This document shows positions 28,970 through 36,016 of a stretch of DNA of 54,733 nucleotides, in pieces. The stretch's first letter is position 1, and every line of letters starts with the position of its first letter. The notes under the pieces are model-generated. The model was not told the origin of the DNA and searched no databases. It saw only the letters and a list, made by a program, of their open reading frames with translations. The translations under genes and the position numbers were made by a program. The DNA is from an uncultured bacterium (GTDB lineage: Bacteria; Deinococcota; Deinococci; Deinococcales; Trueperaceae): positions 1 to 54,733 of the forward strand of contig CAZFFG010000002.1 in assembly GCA_964518275.1 (NCBI GenBank), given 5' to 3'.

Positions 28970-29693
28970 TTCGGTTCAGCCGCTACACCGTGGCGGTGCT
29001 GCCGCCGTGATGGTGCCCGCCCCCGCTCGCGCCCGCCACCTGGGCGCTGCGGGCAGCATCGTTACGGGCGCTCGCACGCGCGTGCCGAAGGGCTGCGTCC
29101 TTTACCGCGAGGGCGACCTGCTCGCCGCACCGTACCTAGTGGTGAGCGGGGTTTTCCGGGTCGTCGTGAGGGCGGCCACGGGCAAGGAGCGCCTGGCCGA
29201 CCTGGCTGGACCAGGCGACGTCCTAGCCACCGCCGTGTTCGATGCTGGCGAGAGCACCGAGACCGTCGTGGCGGCGAGCGACGCCGTCGTGGTGTCCATC
29301 GACGTGCAGCGCACGCTGGCGCGGCCCAGCGGCAGGCGCGACCTGGCAGCCGCCCTGGTCAAGCAGCTCAACCGCAGCCGCGAGATGGCGGACGACCTCG
29401 GGTTGCCGATGGGCGCCCGCATCTGCCGCATACTGGCCCGTGTGGCGGAGCGCCTCGGCGACCGGATCGACCACGTGCCTGCCACCGGCCCGCAGCTGGT
29501 GTGGCGCCACCTGCCCTTCAGCCTCACGCACGACGATGTGGCTCTCATGGCGGGCTGCGCCCGCGTCACGGCCACGCGGGTGCTGGGGGAGCTCAAGGAC
29601 GCCGGCGTGCTGCACGGCCATCGGGGCGACTACTCGGTGGTGCCGACCGCGCTGGAGGCGGCGGCCGATCATTACGTGTACGAGGTGCTCTGA
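28962..29693 (+). CDS. Crp/Fnr-family transcriptional regulator
   Basis: cNMP-binding-like beta-roll (GCVLYREGD...LAGPGDVLA) and a C-terminal HTH (THDDVALMAGCARVTATRVLGELKDAG). The start overlaps the stop of the upstream gene. Confidence 0.8.
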   Translation: MISSVQPLHRGGAAAVMVPAPARARHLGAAGSIVTGARTRVPKGCVLYREGDLLAAPYLVVSGVFRVVVRAATGKERLADLAGPGDVLATAVFDAGESTETVVAASDAVVVSIDVQRTLARPSGRRDLAAALVKQLNRSREMADDLGLPMGARICRILARVAERLGDRIDHVPATGPQLVWRHLPFSLTHDDVALMAGCARVTATRVLGELKDAGVLHGHRGDYSVVPTALEAAADHYVYEVL

Positions 29694-30056
29694 GCACCCG
29701 CGTGAAGCGGTGCGTCTCGAGGAGTGAGACCTAGTTCGCAGCTTCTAGCCACGTTCTTCTTTAGGATCGGCCTAAGAGGGGAGGGGGTGGCTATTCCCAA
29801 GCGGCTCGATCCCTAGTGGGAACTCCCATCGGGTCGTTGCGACTCGCTCCCCTCTATACCTTTCCCTGAACTATGACCTAACGGCCGTTCTTGCGCGGTT
29901 GAACGCGGCTGAGCGCCGTCCAGGACGTGCATGAGCGGACCTACCCTGAAGCCAAGCTTGTGACAAGGAAGCGCGTGCTGGTGGGCGTTGAGCGCAGCGA
30001 GGTGTCCGTTGTCCCGCTGTTGCCGACCGAAAGTGCAACACAACACGCGTTCGGCA

Positions 30057-30065
30057 TGGTAGAAA
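30057..30065 (+). promoter_or_regulatory. Extended -10 element TGgTAGAAA, 7 nt upstream of the HU ATG (leaderless candidate)
   Basis: tggtagaaa ends at 30065 and the ATG is at 30073. No SD lies in between. Confidence 0.45.
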
Positions 30066-30072
30066 CTAGTCC

Positions 30073-30366
30073 ATGAACAAAACCGAACTCGCCGAAAAGC
30101 TGGCCAAGACCACCAACCTGAGCGTTGCCAAGGCCAAAGAGGTCGTCGACGCCATCTTCTCCACCGCCGATCGCAAGGGCATCATCGCCATCGAGCTCGA
30201 CGCCGGCCGCAAGGTTCAGATCACCGGCTTCGGTACGTTCGAGACCACCTGGCGCGGTGAGCGTAAGGGCGTGAACCCGGGTACGGGCGAAGCCATCACC
30301 ATCCCGGGCAAGCACTACGCCACCTTCCGCGTGGGCAAGGGCCTCAAGGAGCGCGTCGAGAAGTAA
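30073..30366 (+). CDS. hup: Nucleoid-associated DNA-binding protein HU
   Basis: MNKTELAEKLA... GFGTFETTWRGERKGVNPGTGEAITIPGKHYATFRVGKGLKERV, a typical HU/IHF fold signature. 97 aa. Confidence 0.95.
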   Translation: MNKTELAEKLAKTTNLSVAKAKEVVDAIFSTADRKGIIAIELDAGRKVQITGFGTFETTWRGERKGVNPGTGEAITIPGKHYATFRVGKGLKERVEK

Positions 30367-30452
30367 CGCGCGCGGGCTCACGATCTAGGCGCGGCCGACG
30401 CTACGCGCGGCTAAGCCTCGAGGTGCGCCCGAACGGTTCGAATACATAGAGA

Positions 30453-30479
30453 GTCGGCCCGGCGTAACGCCGGGCCGAC
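30453..30479. terminator. 12-bp perfect GC-rich hairpin between convergent HU and HxlR genes
   Basis: gtcggcccggcg-taa-cgccgggccgac. Confidence 0.65.
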
Positions 30480-30535
30480 CTCGTTAAGGGAGCCCACCGC
30501 TAAGCGGAGCGCTGGCGTTGCCTGAAGAGACCGTC

Positions 30536-30898
30536 CTAAGCGGCGGCGCCTTCGGACTCGATCTCTTTGCAGCGGGGCATGTGCTTGCGACCCCAGGCGT
30601 CGATGGCGTCGATGATGCCCTCCAGTTCCTGGCCGGCCTCAGTGAGCTCGTAGCGCGACTTGGGAGGCATGGTGGACTCCACCGTCTTGCTAACCAGCCC
30701 GAGCCGCTCCAGGTGCTCTAGCCGCTGCGACAGCGTTGTGGTGTTGGCTCCGCCCACGGCGCGGCTCAGCTCGTTGAACCCATGAGGCCCTTCGAGGAGC
30801 GCCCGCACGATGTGCAGCACCCACTTCTCCTGCAGCAACTCGATGGAGTCGTACACAGGGCAGCGGGGCGTGGCGGCGTTGTTGCCTGCTCGTTCCAT
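30536..30898 (-). CDS. HxlR-family winged-helix transcriptional regulator
   Basis: CPVYDSIELLQEKWVLHIVRALL...GFNELSRAVGGANTTTLSQRLEHLERLGLV. Confidence 0.88.
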   Translation of the reverse strand: MERAGNNAATPRCPVYDSIELLQEKWVLHIVRALLEGPHGFNELSRAVGGANTTTLSQRLEHLERLGLVSKTVESTMPPKSRYELTEAGQELEGIIDAIDAWGRKHMPRCKEIESEGAAA

Positions 30899-30940
30899 GG
30901 CGTCACTGTATCACATCGAGTACCAGAGAAGATGTAGCGC

Positions 30941-30970
30941 TTGACAAAATAGAGTACTTGGTGCTAGGGT
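30941..30970 (+). promoter_or_regulatory. Sigma-70-type promoter TTGACA-N18-(TGc)TAGGGT for the YceI-like gene
   Basis: ttgaca at 30941-30946 and tgctagggt at 30962-30970. It lies in the divergent HxlR/YceI intergenic region. Confidence 0.5.
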
Positions 30971-31036
30971 CTACCCGTGGAGCGAGCTAGACGCCCGCTC
31001 ATTCAACCCACACCAACAGCCAGGAGGAAACACCAG

Positions 31037-31567
31037 ATGAGCCTTAACCTTGACCCCACCCACAGCAGCGTTGAGTTCTCCGTTCGCCACATGGGCCTCG
31101 CCACCGTGCGCGGTCGCTTCGAGAAGTTCGATGTGGACGCCGAAGTCAACGAGCAGGGTGTGCCCACCCGCATCTCCGCCACCATCGACGCCGCTAGCAT
31201 CAACACCGGCACCGACGGTCGCGACCAGCACCTGCGCAGCGCCGACTTCTTCGACGTGGAGAACCACCCAACCATCACGTTCGAGTCCACGAGCATCGAG
31301 AAGAAGGGTTCCGACTACGTCATCGAGGGCAACCTCACCATCCGTGGCGTCACCAAGCCCGCCACCTTCCAGGCCGAGATCACCGACTTCGTGAGCGACC
31401 CCTGGGGCAACCCCCGCGCCGCCGCGGAGGCCAGCGGTAAGATCAACCGCACCGACTGGGGCCTCACCTGGAACCAGGTCCTCGAGGCCGGCTCGCTGCT
31501 CGTGAGCGAGGACGTGCGCTTCACCCTCAACGTTCAGCTCGTGAAGCAGACCGAGGTCGCTGCCTAA
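31037..31567 (+). CDS. YceI-like polyisoprenoid-binding protein
   Basis: VEFSVRHMGLATVRGRF and the overall YceI pattern. AGGAGG lies 9 nt upstream of the ATG. Confidence 0.9.
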   Translation: MSLNLDPTHSSVEFSVRHMGLATVRGRFEKFDVDAEVNEQGVPTRISATIDAASINTGTDGRDQHLRSADFFDVENHPTITFESTSIEKKGSDYVIEGNLTIRGVTKPATFQAEITDFVSDPWGNPRAAAEASGKINRTDWGLTWNQVLEAGSLLVSEDVRFTLNVQLVKQTEVAA

Positions 31568-31592
31568 GCGTCCCCCGACCGAAGCCGAAGCT

Positions 31593-31631
31593 AAGCCGCC
31601 CGCCCCGGTCAGCCGGTGCGGGCGGCTTCTT
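31593..31631 (+). terminator. Rho-independent terminator after the YceI-like gene
   Basis: 11-bp stem aagccgcccgc/gcgggcggctt, followed by cTT. Confidence 0.7.
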
Positions 31632-31792
31632 AGCGAGAACCGAGTGACGCGAAAGCGCCGTCCCGGACGGTGTTTTCACCGAATTCCATCATAGGTAGTC
31701 TCCTATGAGGCGTTTCTCACGGCGTACACGGCTCCCCCGGCATGCTATTCTCCTACGCGGTCAGGCCGATGCCGATCCGCCGGACCGTTCAT

Positions 31793-31830
31793 GCGCCCCA
31801 ACCGGCCCCCCACGGTTGGGGCGCTTCTTT
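31793..31830. terminator. 12-bp perfect hairpin with a plus-strand TTCTTT tail, abutting the tetR stop
   Basis: gcgccccaaccg-gcccccca-cggttggggcgc-ttcttt. Confidence 0.55.
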
Positions 31831-31832
31831 GG

Positions 31833-32402
31833 TTAACCTCGGCCTAGAAGCTTCTCGGCTGCTGCGCGGGCCGCCGCTGCGGCGCCGCTGCCGCCCTGGA
31901 CCAACGCGGCCACGGCGGCGCCCTCCAGAACCAGGTGGAGCTGCCACGCTAGGCCCTGCGGGTCGGTGTGGCCGCCTTCCGTTAGGCGAGCAGCGAAGTA
32001 CTCGCGAACCGCTTCGTGATGCGCGCGCGCGTATGGCCTAGCGGCGTTCAACTGGCCGCCCAGCTCGAAGGTGGCGGCCACCAGGGGGCAGCCCCGGAAA
32101 TCGGGGGTGCTGAACCATTCCTCGAGCAGGTCGAACACCGCCAACACCCGCGCTAAGGGCGCCGAAGCCATCGCGTCGGCGCGTGCGAGCCACGCAGCGC
32201 GCTCCTCGCGCCTCCGTTCCAGCACGGCCTTGATGAGGTCGTCCTTGCTAGGGAAGTGGTGGTAGAAGGTCATCCGGGCCACGCCGGCACGGGAGATTAT
32301 CTCGTTGATGCCCACGTTGGGCACGCCCCGAGTGTAGAAGAGCCGGGCGGCTGCGTCGAGCAGCCGCTCGGCGGCCGACGGTGCCGCTTGGTTCTCCCTC
32401 AT
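31833..32402 (-). CDS. TetR-family transcriptional regulator
   Basis: N-terminal HTH RLLDAAARLFYTRGVPNVGINEIISRAGVARMTFYHHFPSKDDLI. Confidence 0.9.
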   Translation of the reverse strand: MRENQAAPSAAERLLDAAARLFYTRGVPNVGINEIISRAGVARMTFYHHFPSKDDLIKAVLERRREERAAWLARADAMASAPLARVLAVFDLLEEWFSTPDFRGCPLVAATFELGGQLNAARPYARAHHEAVREYFAARLTEGGHTDPQGLAWQLHLVLEGAAVAALVQGGSGAAAAARAAAEKLLGRG

Positions 32403-32407
32403 GCCCG

Positions 32408-32413
32408 ATTATA
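32408..32413 (-). promoter_or_regulatory. Perfect TATAAT -10 box 5 nt upstream of the tetR ATG (leaderless candidate)
   Basis: The minus strand reads ...acaTATAATcgggcATG. No SD. Confidence 0.5.
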
Positions 32414-32454
32414 TGTACTGGTCGGTATGCCGCGCCGTGTTCCGTGACCGCCGA

Positions 32455-33453
32455 CTACAACGGAGCGAAAGCGCCGCTGCGAAGCATGCCGGCAACCAGG
32501 AGGTGAAGGTAGACGAAGCCGGCGTAGGGGTGCCAGCGCGCCACCGTTCGCGCCACCCAGTCGTAGTCGGGCTTGCCGGGCTCGCCCATGAACCTGGCCA
32601 GGCCGTTGCGGGCGCCGGAATCGCCATAAGGGAACACGTCGAGCCGGCCGAGGCCCCGCAACAGCACGTATTCGGACGTCCAGCGCCCCACCCCGTACAG
32701 CTCTTGGAGGCGTTCGGCCACCGCCGCGTTCGGCATGCCGGCCAGCGCGGCCGGGTCGGGGTCGCCGGCTAGGAGCCGCTGCGCGAGCTCGGTCAGAGCG
32801 CGCGCTTTAGTGCGGCTGAAGCCCATGCCCCCCAACTCCTCGGGAGCGGCCTCCGCCAACGCTTCCGCCGCCGGCAGCGGGAGTGGACCAGAGTTCGGTG
32901 CGATCAGGCCCTCTGTGCTCGCCCCGTACCGGCGCGCCAGCCGCTCTAGGAGCTGCAGTCCGAACACGAGCGTGACCTGCTGACAGGGAACAGCGTTCAG
33001 GAGCGACTGGTACAGGCTCGGGTAGCGCGGCGGCCTCAGCCCCTCGAGCTGGGCCACGAGCGGCGCGAGGCGCTCTTCACCGGCGGCAAGTGCGTAGAAC
33101 GGCGCCAAGTCGACGTCGAGACCGAACAGATGAACCACGGCTCTGTGCGAAATGGTCGCCAGCTCGTTCTCCGCGTACGGACCGGTCGCCACGACGCGGA
33201 GCACAGCCGTGCCAGCGCCGCTGGTGGACGCCTCGCTCACCTCCACCAGGAACTGCTCCTGAGCATGGCCGCTGCCGGGTTCGCCCACGGGCAGCCAGCG
33301 TCGGTAGGTGCCCGCTTGCCATGTGTCGATGACGTTCTGGGGCCGCCTCACCAGCGCCAGCGCCGTGAGGTCGAGCCTGAACGGCTGCGGCGGCCGCAAC
33401 TCGAACTCCACGCGCGTTAGCTCGGCGATCACTCGAGGGGCGGCGGCACACAT
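32455..33453 (-). CDS. DNA-3-methyladenine glycosylase II-like (AlkA/HhH-GPD superfamily)
   Basis: HhH-GPD region LQELYGVGRWTSEYVLLRGLGRLDVFPYGD with the catalytic Asp. The start is uncertain and the ORF is open to 33525. Confidence 0.78.
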   Translation of the reverse strand: MCAAAPRVIAELTRVEFELRPPQPFRLDLTALALVRRPQNVIDTWQAGTYRRWLPVGEPGSGHAQEQFLVEVSEASTSGAGTAVLRVVATGPYAENELATISHRAVVHLFGLDVDLAPFYALAAGEERLAPLVAQLEGLRPPRYPSLYQSLLNAVPCQQVTLVFGLQLLERLARRYGASTEGLIAPNSGPLPLPAAEALAEAAPEELGGMGFSRTKARALTELAQRLLAGDPDPAALAGMPNAAVAERLQELYGVGRWTSEYVLLRGLGRLDVFPYGDSGARNGLARFMGEPGKPDYDWVARTVARWHPYAGFVYLHLLVAGMLRSGAFAPL

Positions 33454-33614
33454 ACGCAGCGAGCGTACCGCGGCGCCTACGCGCGGATTACCGTGCGGTA
33501 ACATCGACGGAGCCCGTACCTGCACTCGCCGTAAGTCGGTGGCGAGCTGCTAGCTTCGCGTGTTACGCGGTCTGTTCCCCCGGCCGTTACCGCCGGTCGG
33601 GCCTGGAGGATGCA

Positions 33615-34826
33615 ATGCAGGACCCGTTCACTGCCCGCCTCGCAACCCGGATGGGGGGCGTCGGCTCCTCAGCCATCCGCGAACTCTTGAAGCTGGCCAG
33701 CCAGCAGGGCGTAACGTCCTTCGCGGGCGGCCTGCCGGCGCCAGAGCTCTTCCCGATCGAGGAGCTGCGAGCGGCCGCCGACCGCGTTCTGGCGAGGTCC
33801 GGCCGGCAGGCTCTCCAGTACGGGCCCACTGAGGGGCTCGGCGCCCTACGCGAGGTCATCGCCGAGCGCGCCAACGCGGCCGACCCTGGGGCGCCCCCCG
33901 TCAGCGCGGAGCAAGTGCTCATCACCACCGGGTCACAGCAGGCGCTCGACCTGCTCGCTAAGGTGCTCATCGACCCTGGCGACCCCATCGTTACCGAGAA
34001 CCCCAGTTACCTAGGAGCGCTGCAGGCTTTCCGGCTGTTCCAGGCCACCTTCTGGACAGCCGACATGGACGACGAGGGCGCCACGCCCGCGGCCCTCGAG
34101 CCGCTGCTGAAGCGCTCGCCGAAGTTCGCCTACTTGCTCCCCACGTTCCAGAACCCCACCGGCAGGACCATGGGTCAGAAGCGGCGCGAAGCCGTAGCGG
34201 AGCTGTTCGCGCGCTACCGCGTGCCACTGGTAGAGGACGACCCCTATGGCTCGCTCACGTTCGGAGCCGCTAGCGGCAGCACGCTGCGGGCGCTCGCACC
34301 CGACACCACGCTGCACCTCGGCACGTTCTCCAAGATCTTGGCGCCGGGGCTTAGGCTGGGCTGGGTCATCGGTCCGAAGGAGTGGCTCGGGAAGCTGGCT
34401 CAAGTGAAGCAATCGGCGGACCTCCACACCTCCACGCTGTCGCAGCACGTGGCGCTGGAGGTCATGCTCTCTGGCGCGGTCGAAGGCCACATCGGGCGGA
34501 TCTGCGAGGAGTACGGCGCGCGCTGCGCGGCCATGCTCGAGGCTATCGAGGCGCACTTCCCAGCAGGCTCTAAGTGGACGGTGCCTACGGGCGGCATGTT
34601 CGTGTGGGTCGAGCTGCCACGGGGCGTGAACACGGCCGCGTTGCTGCCTGAGGTCGTGGCTCAGGAGAAGGTGGCCTACGTGTCGGGTGCGCCCTTCCAC
34701 CCAAACGGTGGGGGCGAGAACACCATGCGCCTGAACTTCACGCACACGGCGCCCGACGTGGTCAGGGACGGTGTAGCGCGGCTAGGGCGTGCTCTGGTTC
34801 GGGCGGTCGAAGCCGCAGCGGTGTGA
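33615..34826 (+). CDS. PLP-dependent aminotransferase, class I/II (2-aminoadipate/LysN-like)
   Basis: SFAGGLPAPELFP and the PLP-lysine motif GTFSKILAPGLRLGW. GGAGGA lies upstream of the ATG. Confidence 0.88.
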   Translation: MQDPFTARLATRMGGVGSSAIRELLKLASQQGVTSFAGGLPAPELFPIEELRAAADRVLARSGRQALQYGPTEGLGALREVIAERANAADPGAPPVSAEQVLITTGSQQALDLLAKVLIDPGDPIVTENPSYLGALQAFRLFQATFWTADMDDEGATPAALEPLLKRSPKFAYLLPTFQNPTGRTMGQKRREAVAELFARYRVPLVEDDPYGSLTFGAASGSTLRALAPDTTLHLGTFSKILAPGLRLGWVIGPKEWLGKLAQVKQSADLHTSTLSQHVALEVMLSGAVEGHIGRICEEYGARCAAMLEAIEAHFPAGSKWTVPTGGMFVWVELPRGVNTAALLPEVVAQEKVAYVSGAPFHPNGGGENTMRLNFTHTAPDVVRDGVARLGRALVRAVEAAAV

Positions 34827-34843
34827 TTCTAAGGGGCGCCGGT

Positions 34844-35899
34844 TCATTCCCAGCTCTCGAGGCTGGCCTGCAGGCGTCGGCGGTCGGCCTTGGCGTAGTG
34901 GCGCGCCATGTCGAGCGTGGAGTGCCGCAGGTGGTCCTGCACTTGCCCCAGGTCGCCCGTCTGCCGGTAGAGCCGGGTGCCCGCCGAGTGACGCAGCGCG
35001 TGCACGCCCTTGAACGTCACCTCGGCCCGGTCGCATAGGTTGCGGAGCCGGTTGAAGACCCCGAACTGCGAGCGGAGGGCCAGCACCTCACTGCGGGGCG
35101 GCCCTTCTATCTCCATCTCTCGCCGGTAATCCACCAGCGCAGCGGCCAGCTTCGGGCTCATGGTCACGTGCGCGGTCTTGGCGCCCTTGCCTTCCGCCAC
35201 GCGCAGCTCGCCCGCCCGCAGGTCCACGTCGGCCCAGCGGAGCCTCAGCATCTCGCTCACGCGTAACCCGCCGTGGCTGCCCAGCAGGAGGATCACGCGC
35301 TCCTGCCGATCGTTGGCCGCCGCGAGCATCTCGATGAGCTCGAACTCTGTGTACACGCGGGTGCTCTCGTTGTCCTCAGCGCGGGTGGTGGCGCGGCCCA
35401 GCCTCACGTCCCGGAACGGATCTGCCTCTGTGGCGCCGGCCCAGGCCAGCGCGTCGTAGAGGGCGCGTGCCGCCGCCACGCGCAGGCTCACGGTGGCGTG
35501 AGACAGGGGACCCTTCTTGGTGGTGCGCCCCCGCCTAGCGCCGTCTGGTTCTGCCGCCAGCACCTCGGAGCGGTCGCCCGCGCGCAGGCGTTGTACGTAG
35601 AGGGGTCCGGCGTCACGGCTAGGACGCAGCAGGTTCTCGCCTTGCCACATGATGAGCAGCTCGCGCAGCCCGCGGCGGTAAGCGCGGAGGGTGTGTTGGC
35701 TGGTGGTAACGCCGCTCAGGCCCCGAAGCGTGAGGTGAGCCTGCATGAGCTCCCACAGGGCAGCCTCGTCGCGTTCGTTGGCGGCCGAAACGGCGTAGCG
35801 ACGCAGCGCGGACTCCGAGAGGCTCTGCAGCCGCGCCACCCGTTGCAAGGGGGACGCGCTGGACAGCTCTAAGGAGGTCGGCACGGCGGTGTCGGTCAT
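34844..35899 (-). CDS. Tyrosine site-specific recombinase (Xer-like/phage-integrase family)
   Basis: Catalytic set present: R (GGLRVSE), K (GKGAKTAHV), H-x-x-R (HALRHS), H (LRHS), Y (ARHYAK). The C-terminal motif resembles XerC/D box II. Confidence 0.88.
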   Translation of the reverse strand: MTDTAVPTSLELSSASPLQRVARLQSLSESALRRYAVSAANERDEAALWELMQAHLTLRGLSGVTTSQHTLRAYRRGLRELLIMWQGENLLRPSRDAGPLYVQRLRAGDRSEVLAAEPDGARRGRTTKKGPLSHATVSLRVAAARALYDALAWAGATEADPFRDVRLGRATTRAEDNESTRVYTEFELIEMLAAANDRQERVILLLGSHGGLRVSEMLRLRWADVDLRAGELRVAEGKGAKTAHVTMSPKLAAALVDYRREMEIEGPPRSEVLALRSQFGVFNRLRNLCDRAEVTFKGVHALRHSAGTRLYRQTGDLGQVQDHLRHSTLDMARHYAKADRRRLQASLESWE

Positions 35900-36016
35900 G
35901 CGAGCAGTGTAGGGCGCCCATAGGGGAGAGGACGTAACATCGTTCGCATTATCAAATGCACGGTTGGATGTACGCTCATCGCCTCACTGCAAGCCGCGCG
36001 CCCTATCATCCCCAGC

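Noticed and set aside
31742-32041. A 99-aa plus-strand ORF spanning the hairpin at 31793-31830 and running antisense into tetR.
   Set aside because: It reads through a perfect terminator stem and overlaps the well-supported TetR gene. Its sequence is low-complexity (R/P/A/G), so it is a shadow ORF.
34826-34865. tRNA T-arm-like sequence (gccggttcattcccagc) next to the recombinase gene, which could have been a tRNA-derived att remnant.
   Set aside because: It lies inside the recombinase C-terminal codons (…LESWE*). The putative T-stem has a mismatch, and no acceptor, D or anticodon arms can be drawn. No tRNA gene is visible anywhere in the window.
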